Made by a program: the position numbers and the translations under genes. Under the pieces are notes generated by a model. The model had not been told where the DNA came from and searched no databases. It saw only the letters and a program-made list of their open reading frames with translations. This document shows positions 57,652 through 64,000 of a stretch of 64,000 nt of DNA, in pieces (positions within the stretch are counted from its first letter, which is position 1; every line of letters starts with the position of its first letter). The DNA is from Candidatus Doudnabacteria bacterium (GTDB lineage: Bacteria; Patescibacteriota; Doudnabacteria; UBA920; VMFF01): assembly GCA_028286905.1 (NCBI GenBank), contig JAQBQP010000001.1:15114-79113 (forward strand). Direction: 5' to 3'.

Positions 57652-60357
57652 TTAACCGCACTTTGAGAAACCGCAAGATTCGCATTTCATGCATCCCTCA
57701 GCCATTCTTAGCATCGAGCCACATTCCTGACAAATCGGCACATGCCCAAAATCCGCAACTGACATTTTTCTAGTTTCTGGAACGGTGTTCCCTGTTGCCG
57801 CAGCAACCGGTTCACTGACCTTTATTTTCACCTCTTCAGTAATATTTTCTATCGGTGCTGTTTCTTTAAAGTTCAGCTGCAAACTCTGTTGTTTGCGATT
57901 AATATGTTTTTCCAAAGTCTTAGCAACTCCATCAGGTAGCGAGTAAATTATTTCACCCTGATTAAAAGATACTTCGGTACTGCGGATGCCTTTTAACTGA
58001 GAAATTATTTCATCTACTGAAACGCCGGAACGCAAACCCAATGAAATCATTCGGCACAGTCCTTCGGTTTGAGCAGCAAAGAATCCACCGGATTTTCCTA
58101 ATGTTGCAAATACTTCAAACGGCCCGTGCTCGTCCTCATTGATAGTTACAAACAAATGCCCATAGGTCGTGTTCAGTTTGTAAGTAGTCCCATTCATTTC
58201 TGTTGGACGGTCTCTTGGCACTACTTCATATTTGTGTCCGTTTTGGATTAGCTTTTTTACGATAAATTTATTATTGCCTACATGCAAAAGATCTTCACTC
58301 TTTTCTTCGGTCTTTTCTGCATTAGCCGCACTGTTTGACTGCACAACCGCAGCCGCAATAAGTGCGTCATTCTTATCAGAATCAATCTGCATCTGTTCAG
58401 CAACTTCTTTGCCTAAGCTTTTCTTGTCTGTAGCTAAAATTTGCTCGTCACGGGAACCATCACGATAAATCGTGCCGCCCTTGCAACCTAAGTCATACAT
58501 CAGCTGATAAAGTTTTTCAGTATCTTCTACTGTGTAATTTGAAGGGGCATTACAAGTTTTAGAAATTGCCGAGTCAGTCCAGCGTTGAACTGCAGCTTGA
58601 ACCTTAACATGGTCTTCTGGGGCTAAATCCATTGCAGTAGCAAAGTATTCAGGCAGGTCCTGTCCTTGATGCGCGTCCAACCAATCCTGAGCAAGTTTAA
58701 TCTTCTCTTCGTGGACGCCTAAACGAGATTTGCGGAAATAGCTCCAAGAGAAGAATGGTTCAATTCCAGTAGAAGTTCCAACCATTGTGCCGATCGTTCC
58801 GGTTGGTGCCTGAGTCATAATTGTAACGTTACGAATGCCGTATTGGCGAACCATGCTGCGAATATATTCTGGCATGGTCTTCATGAAGCCGCTCTCCAAA
58901 AACTTTTCAGCATCAAACTGGGAGAAGGCGCCTTTTTCACGCGCAAGCTCTACGGAAGTTTCGTAAGCAGTGACCGCGATAAATTGGTAAAGTTTATCAA
59001 TAAATTTTACGCCTTCTTCACTACCGTATCTGATTCCTAAACGCACAAGCATTTCTGCCAAACCAATCGTGCCCATGCCTACTCTGCGTTCAGACATCTG
59101 CTGTTTAAAGTTCTCATCAAAGAAATAAGGAGTAGCGTCAATAACGTTATCCTGGAAACGAACAGCATACTGCACTGTTTCTTTTAACTTATTCCAATCG
59201 ACATCCTGTCCAAGCAAATGTTTAGAAAGGTTAACGTGGCCAAGATTACAAACGCCCCAAGCAGGCAAAGGCTGCTCACCGCAAGGGTTTGTACATGGCA
59301 AGGAAGCATAGTAATGCGAATTAGACATGTCATTAGCACGGTCGATGAAATACATACCTGGTTCAGCAGAAGACCATGCTGATGAAATAATCTGATTCCA
59401 AACATCTCTCGCCATCACTGTTTTGTGTTTGATTATTTTTCCGCCAAGTTTTTTCCAAGCTCTAATATCCCCTTGAGTATTTGCCCATTCAGTCTTATAT
59501 AAAGGATCGGAGGTATCTGGAAAAACTAAATCCCAAGCTAAATCATTCTTTACGGCATGCATGAAGTCATCAGTGATGCCAACAGAAATATTCGCGTTAG
59601 TAATCTTACCGGCTTCTCTCTTAGCATTTATAAAATCCAAAATATCCGGATGCCAAGCGTTCAAGATCAACATCAAAGCACCGCGGCGAGAGCCACCTTG
59701 TTCTATTAATCCTGTAACGAAGCTGTACAGCGAAGCCCAAGAAACAGATCCAGAGGAGCGTCCGTTAACACCTTTAACGTAAGCATAACGTGGACGCAAA
59801 GTAGAAACGTTAATACCTACACCGCCGCCGCGAGACATTATTTCCGCCATCTGACGAAGAGTGTCAAAAATTCCACCACGAGAATCTTCTGGACATGGAA
59901 TTACATAACAGTTGTAGAAAGTTAAATTCTGGCCGGTGCCTGCACCAGTAAAAATTCTACCTGCTGGTACATATTTCCAGTCATCCATAAGCTCTCGAAA
60001 TTTGCCGTTCCATTCATTCTGTTTTTCTGGAGTTTTTTCAACGCTAGAAATATGCTGAGCGATACGATCAAACATTTGTTCTGGAACTGTCTCCAGCGGT
60101 TTGTCGACATGTTCTAAAGAACGAGTCTCTACTGAACCATCGCGAAGCGTTACCTCAACCTGTTTGGTATTTGAATCAAAAGACTTAACAGTGCCAATTT
60201 CTCTCTGTCCGGTTTTCAAATTTACACAAACAACAACTGTATCCCCTTCGGTTAAAGTTTCTTTTTTTGCATCTTTAACAGCGTAACGATCTAAAAAGAT
60301 CTTTTCTCCTAGGTCGGATAAGGCATTAGTTGTTCTGGTTTGTAAGTTTTCGCTCAT
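57652..60357 (-). CDS. nrdJ: class II adenosylcobalamin-dependent ribonucleotide reductase
   Basis: 901 aa. RNR barrel motifs and C-terminal zinc-ribbon cysteines CQECG...CMKCESCG. Confidence 0.85.
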   Translation of the reverse strand: MSENLQTRTTNALSDLGEKIFLDRYAVKDAKKETLTEGDTVVVCVNLKTGQREIGTVKSFDSNTKQVEVTLRDGSVETRSLEHVDKPLETVPEQMFDRIAQHISSVEKTPEKQNEWNGKFRELMDDWKYVPAGRIFTGAGTGQNLTFYNCYVIPCPEDSRGGIFDTLRQMAEIMSRGGGVGINVSTLRPRYAYVKGVNGRSSGSVSWASLYSFVTGLIEQGGSRRGALMLILNAWHPDILDFINAKREAGKITNANISVGITDDFMHAVKNDLAWDLVFPDTSDPLYKTEWANTQGDIRAWKKLGGKIIKHKTVMARDVWNQIISSAWSSAEPGMYFIDRANDMSNSHYYASLPCTNPCGEQPLPAWGVCNLGHVNLSKHLLGQDVDWNKLKETVQYAVRFQDNVIDATPYFFDENFKQQMSERRVGMGTIGLAEMLVRLGIRYGSEEGVKFIDKLYQFIAVTAYETSVELAREKGAFSQFDAEKFLESGFMKTMPEYIRSMVRQYGIRNVTIMTQAPTGTIGTMVGTSTGIEPFFSWSYFRKSRLGVHEEKIKLAQDWLDAHQGQDLPEYFATAMDLAPEDHVKVQAAVQRWTDSAISKTCNAPSNYTVEDTEKLYQLMYDLGCKGGTIYRDGSRDEQILATDKKSLGKEVAEQMQIDSDKNDALIAAAVVQSNSAANAEKTEEKSEDLLHVGNNKFIVKKLIQNGHKYEVVPRDRPTEMNGTTYKLNTTYGHLFVTINEDEHGPFEVFATLGKSGGFFAAQTEGLCRMISLGLRSGVSVDEIISQLKGIRSTEVSFNQGEIIYSLPDGVAKTLEKHINRKQQSLQLNFKETAPIENITEEVKIKVSEPVAAATGNTVPETRKMSVADFGHVPICQECGSMLRMAEGCMKCESCGFSKCG

Positions 60358-60392
60358 AATTTTAGTAATAGTTAGTTATTTTAGTTTTAGCC

Positions 60393-60836
60393 CTAGAGTT
60401 TCTGTAATTCTGCTTTGAACTCTTCAATGTCTTCGAAACATTTATATACTGATGCGAATCGGACGTATGCGACCTTATCAACCTTTTTCACTTTTTTCAT
60501 AACGATCTCGCCAATTTGAGGGCTGCTTATTTCAGGACTGGCTGTTTTCTGTATTTCTTGTTCAATCTGCGATATTAGCTTCTTAAAGCTTTCCTCTGTA
60601 ATTGGCCGCTTCTCAAAGGCCTTCCTAATTCCTCTTTCCATCTTATCTCGCGAGTAAAGTTCTTTGACTCCATTCCGTTTCACTACGGTTAGGTCTAAAA
60701 TTTCCATTTCCTCATACGTAGAGAAGCGGAAACTGCACGAAACGCACTCCCTTCTGCGCCGAATTGCTACTCCTTCCCCAGCGACACGGGAATCAATGAC
60801 TTTAGTATCTTCATGATTACAATTTACGCAACGCAT
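60393..60836 (-). CDS. nrdR: transcriptional repressor NrdR
   Basis: 147 aa. Zinc ribbon MRCVNCNHEDTKVIDSR plus ATP-cone. Confidence 0.9.
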   Translation of the reverse strand: MRCVNCNHEDTKVIDSRVAGEGVAIRRRRECVSCSFRFSTYEEMEILDLTVVKRNGVKELYSRDKMERGIRKAFEKRPITEESFKKLISQIEQEIQKTASPEISSPQIGEIVMKKVKKVDKVAYVRFASVYKCFEDIEEFKAELQKL

Positions 60837-60954
60837 AGAGTTTATTCTTAATTTTTTTGGCTAAATTTGAGCTGAACAAATAAGCGTTTTCGCCTATAAA
60901 ATAGACTAGAACTTGGATAAAACCTTTGCGAACATTTTTTTTGATATTTGTTTC

Positions 60955-61002
60955 GGACACTAGATGTAGTGTTCTTGTACTTATCTTATCACTATAGGTT
61001 GT
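60955..61002. promoter_or_regulatory. tandem NrdR boxes upstream of nrdR-nrdJ
   Basis: Box 1 ACACTAGATGTAGTGT (60955..60970, perfect palindrome ends). Box 2 TCACTATAGGTTGTGG (60987..61002). Start-to-start spacing is 32 bp, matching the canonical two-box NrdR operator. Confidence 0.6.
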
Positions 61003-61149
61003 GGTACGCAAATAAAAACAAAACCCGCAATTTCCTTAATAAATTAGCGGGTCAAGTTTTTTATCCGGTTTTCGTTCACCTATTTATCCACAAAATTGTT
61101 GCTAGTGCGCTCAAGCAAATTTAATCTAAAATTCTGATATACTTTAGCT

Positions 61150-62025
61150 ATGAAAATTGCCCTATTTACCGGAGGCTTAACCGAAGAACGCCCTGTTTCA
61201 ATAGCCTCTGCCACTAACGTAAACAAATTACTGGACTTTGCTGACACAGAGACCTTTGTAATGCCTGAAGACCTAGAAAAGTTCGTAGCCACTCACAAGA
61301 GCTTTGACTTCGCTATACCCATTATTCATGGTAAAGGCGGAGAAGACGGCGTGATCCAAGGGTTATTTGAATCCTTAAGCATTCCGTATTTATTTTCTGG
61401 GGTCCAAGCCAGCTCGATTGCAATTGATAAAAAAAGAACCAAGCAAATTGCTAAGGCACTTGGATATACTGTTACGAAAGAAAGTTCAGTTGAAAACTCC
61501 TCCTTTCCTCTCTTTGCCAAACCGCGGTTTGGCGGTTCCTCGGTAGCTTCCGGGCTTTGTAAGTCTCAAGCAGACTTAGATAACTTAAAAAAGTTGTGCT
61601 CAGACCCATTTATTTTAGAGCAGCCTCTGAAAGGACGCGAGTTTACAGTAGGAGTAATCGAACAGAATGGGAAAACAATAGCCTTACCTGTTATAGAAAT
61701 TATAACTCCTGAAAATTCATTCTTTGATTTCGAACATAAATACGACCCAAATAACCTCGCGGGCGAAATATGCCCGGCGCAGATCCCCATTGAACTTAAC
61801 TCGGCGCTTCAAGCCGAGGCTTTAGCGATCCATACAGAAATCGGCGCGCGACACATCTCTCGTTCCGATTTTATTGTTACCAATACTAATGAAATATTTT
61901 TCCTCGAAATAAACACTATTCCAGGCATGACCAACACCTCCTTAATCCCTAAGATGGTCGCTGCCGCAGGTTTAAATCTTCGTGATTTATTAAAACAGTG
62001 GGCCAACGAGGCGCTGTCAAATTAA
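61150..62025 (+). CDS. ddl: D-alanine--D-alanine ligase
   Basis: 291 aa, ATP-grasp. N-terminal MKIALFTGG...ERPVSIAS pattern of Ddl. Confidence 0.75.
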   Translation: MKIALFTGGLTEERPVSIASATNVNKLLDFADTETFVMPEDLEKFVATHKSFDFAIPIIHGKGGEDGVIQGLFESLSIPYLFSGVQASSIAIDKKRTKQIAKALGYTVTKESSVENSSFPLFAKPRFGGSSVASGLCKSQADLDNLKKLCSDPFILEQPLKGREFTVGVIEQNGKTIALPVIEIITPENSFFDFEHKYDPNNLAGEICPAQIPIELNSALQAEALAIHTEIGARHISRSDFIVTNTNEIFFLEINTIPGMTNTSLIPKMVAAAGLNLRDLLKQWANEALSN

Positions 62026-62063
62026 CCATAGCAATTCCCATTAGCATTTATTAAAATTCTGCT

Positions 62064-62825
62064 ATGGAAGGACCATCTCTGTTTCTGGCAGTAGAGCAGC
62101 TAATGCCTTTCAAGGGCAAAACCATTTTATCTGTCTCTGGAAACACAAAAATTGGCAAAGAAAGATTAGACCACAAGAAGGTGCTGGATATTTTTTCATG
62201 GTCGAAGCAATTACTTTTTCAATTTGATGACTTTGCATTGCGGACACATTTTTTATTGTATGGAAGCTTTGAGGCCACTGTTGAAGGAAAATCTGTTACT
62301 GGTGATTATAAAAGAACTCGCGACCCCCGATTAACTCTGAACTTTGAAAATGGTCAGCTGAAAATGTACGCTTGTTCGGTTAAGTACGTTGAGGACTCAA
62401 ACCTAAAACGGATTTATGATTTCACTGCAGATGTAATGTCCCCTACCTGGGATGAAAAAGCAGCGCTAAAGAAAATAAAGAATTGCTCGGAAGAACAAAT
62501 AGCCGACGTCTTGATGAATCAAGATATCTTTGGCGGAGTAGGAAATATTATAAAAAACGAAGTTTTATTTATTCACAGAACAAATCCCAGGCAGCTGGTT
62601 AAAGATACTCCGGCAAAGAAAATAAAAGAGATTGCAACAGAAGCTCGAAACTTCTCACATCAATTTTATGAATGGAGAAAAGTATTTCAACTTAAAGCGA
62701 ACTTACAAATTTACAGAAAAAGCATTTGCCCGATCTGTGGCGGAAAAGTAAAACGCGAAAAAATTGGCAAGGGCCAACGAATGAGTTTTTACTGTCCTGT
62801 TGATCAACCGTTTACGACTAAATAA
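62064..62825 (+). CDS. nei: Fpg/Nei-family DNA glycosylase (endonuclease VIII-like)
   Basis: 253 aa. N-terminal MEGP, H2TH (DIFGGVGNIIKNEVLF), C-terminal zinc finger CPICG...CPVDQ. Confidence 0.65.
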   Translation: MEGPSLFLAVEQLMPFKGKTILSVSGNTKIGKERLDHKKVLDIFSWSKQLLFQFDDFALRTHFLLYGSFEATVEGKSVTGDYKRTRDPRLTLNFENGQLKMYACSVKYVEDSNLKRIYDFTADVMSPTWDEKAALKKIKNCSEEQIADVLMNQDIFGGVGNIIKNEVLFIHRTNPRQLVKDTPAKKIKEIATEARNFSHQFYEWRKVFQLKANLQIYRKSICPICGGKVKREKIGKGQRMSFYCPVDQPFTTK

Positions 62826-62856
62826 AAAAACTTACTCTGGAAGAGTAAGTTTTTTT
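62824..62856. terminator. bidirectional terminator
   Basis: aaaaaaa-cttactct-gga-agagtaag-ttttttt. Confidence 0.7.
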
Positions 62857-62898
62857 AACTTCTTTGGCTAGTTGCCGAAGGCAATAGCCTAGTGTTAT

Positions 62899-62930
62899 GT
62901 CGAAGCTTGCACGAAGTGCAAGCGCACGAC
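62899..62930. repeat. conserved hairpin motif, copy 2 (split by an inserted stem-loop)
   Basis: gtCGAAGC-[ttgcac-gaa-gtgcaa]-GCGCACGac. Same flanks as copies 1 and 3, with an internal 8-bp hairpin inserted in the loop. Confidence 0.45.
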
Positions 62931-63056
62931 CTTTCGCTGCAATTTTTTATTTAGTTGTGCTCACGATTTTTGGCTTACGTTTGACCGCACCCTCTCTATG
63001 GCGATTCGCATCGCGACCCTGCACCCTCCGCTGTTCACGCCTAACTCTAGGCAATA

Positions 63057-63464
63057 TTATTTTATCTGGATTACAACGTACTCAGGATTCTGAGTAGTTG
63101 CTCCAAGCACAGCTCCATCTTGCGAAGGAATTGCATATTCTGCAACTGACTGGTTTGGATTAAGCGCTGTGTATCTCGGTTGACCATACTGATAATCAGA
63201 CAGTCCTAAGAACGCAACGACTTGTGGCTTCACAACTTCAGCAGCGCTTGCAACAGACCATTGTAGGTTGTCTGCAATAACCGCAAAAGTATTATCTAAC
63301 TGCGGAGAAATATTTTGCGCAGCAAAAATGTCTGGCAAAGATTTCTCTGTTCCGCTAAAAGAAGCATTGCTGTATGCGACCCCAAACAGGAACATGTTTA
63401 CTATAAGAGCAAACGCAAGTAAAGGCACCACGACATGTGGTTTGTCATCTAAGTGTTCTGGCAT
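63057..63464 (-). CDS. membrane-anchored hypothetical protein
   Basis: 135-aa ORF, one N-terminal TM. Confidence 0.3.
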   Translation of the reverse strand: MPEHLDDKPHVVVPLLAFALIVNMFLFGVAYSNASFSGTEKSLPDIFAAQNISPQLDNTFAVIADNLQWSVASAAEVVKPQVVAFLGLSDYQYGQPRYTALNPNQSVAEYAIPSQDGAVLGATTQNPEYVVIQIK

Positions 63465-63645
63465 ATTTTTTTGTTTTTTTGTTTTATTTTTGTTTCGTGC
63501 CTTTTATTTACTAGATCTCTATAAACAAAAGGCTGTCGGTAATCGACCAATTAAAAACTCTAATGTATTTATTAGAGTTTTTAACATTACATATCTATTA
63601 TAGCAGAAATTTTTGCTTTTGTCTAGCCCCCCAAAAAGTGAGAGA

Positions 63646-63669
63646 GCGATCGAAGCGAAGCGCACGATC
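63646..63669. repeat. conserved hairpin motif, copy 3
   Basis: gcgatCGAAGCGAAGCGCACGatc. Core is identical to copy 1 (17582..17597). Confidence 0.5.
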
Positions 63670-63688
63670 CACCAATATTTTTAGGAAG

Positions 63689-63976
63689 TTAGCCAGGTAA
63701 AATGAAACGCAAAATACAAACGACCAGAGTCAAAATTGCGATTGTTCTAGTCGATGGATTACTCTTAGCTCTTGCCAGAGCGTAAACTGCAAGAACAAAA
63801 GCAATTAACAAAGTTGAGTTTACGAACGGCGCTGATGTTGCTAAAAGATTTGGTTGAGTCAACGCGTTAGCATTGAAAGCCATAATCTTCAAAATTATTC
63901 CTGGCAATAAAACTATTAACAAAGAAAGTACTGCGGCTGCCAAGTCTGCATCGACAGATGCGAAAGTCGGAAACAT
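63689..63976 (-). CDS. small membrane protein, hypothetical
   Basis: 95-aa ORF, 3 hydrophobic helices. Confidence 0.3.
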   Translation of the reverse strand: MFPTFASVDADLAAAVLSLLIVLLPGIILKIMAFNANALTQPNLLATSAPFVNSTLLIAFVLAVYALARAKSNPSTRTIAILTLVVCILRFILPG

Positions 63977-64000
63977 CGCTTTATTTTCTACATGTAGATG

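Noticed and set aside
62897-63097. 66-aa plus ORF after nei
   Set aside because: Spans a series of hairpins, including a copy of the conserved motif. No SD. More likely non-coding.

Overview
This 64 kb window appears to come from a low-GC (~38%) genome with reduced metabolism, consistent with a CPR/Patescibacteria-type episymbiont. This assignment is an inference from gene content and composition, not a database result. Mostly minus-strand operons encode housekeeping functions: gdhA, typA/bipA, holA, groESL, hup, nusB-rpmF, ndk, relA/spoT, hisS, ddl, two Fpg/Nei glycosylases, and nrdR plus B12-dependent nrdJ with a neighbouring cobA. There is a type IV pilus assembly operon (pilB-pilC-pilM-pilN-pilO) with a ComEC homolog nearby, and several large secreted or anchored surface proteins of 1206 aa and 645 aa. 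I found five tRNAs by hand-folding (His, Lys, Arg, Gly, Pro) and two sub-60-aa genes missing from the ORF track: rpmF and a KGG-motif stress peptide. The most unusual signals follow. (1) At least six sharply bounded high-GC segments (52-68% GC) are embedded in the low-GC backbone. Each has its own Shine-Dalgarno site and terminator, and each encodes a small secreted or membrane protein, a GH1 hydrolase, or a decayed remnant. This is compatible with repeated gene capture from a high-GC donor. (2) A mosaic cassette island lies next to tRNA-His, with a perfect 15-bp duplicate of the tRNA 3' end, a degenerate third copy, and nested short direct repeats flanking surface-protein and lipoprotein genes. 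(3) A conserved small hairpin motif (CGAAGCGAAGCGCACG) recurs in three intergenic sites. (4) An uncharacterised cassette combines a ThiF/E1-like enzyme, a PaaK-like adenylating enzyme, a Leu/Phe/Val dehydrogenase and a double nitroreductase-family protein. (5) A bacterial SET-domain protein sits next to a CYTH enzyme. Tandem NrdR boxes with canonical 32-bp spacing lie upstream of nrdR-nrdJ.
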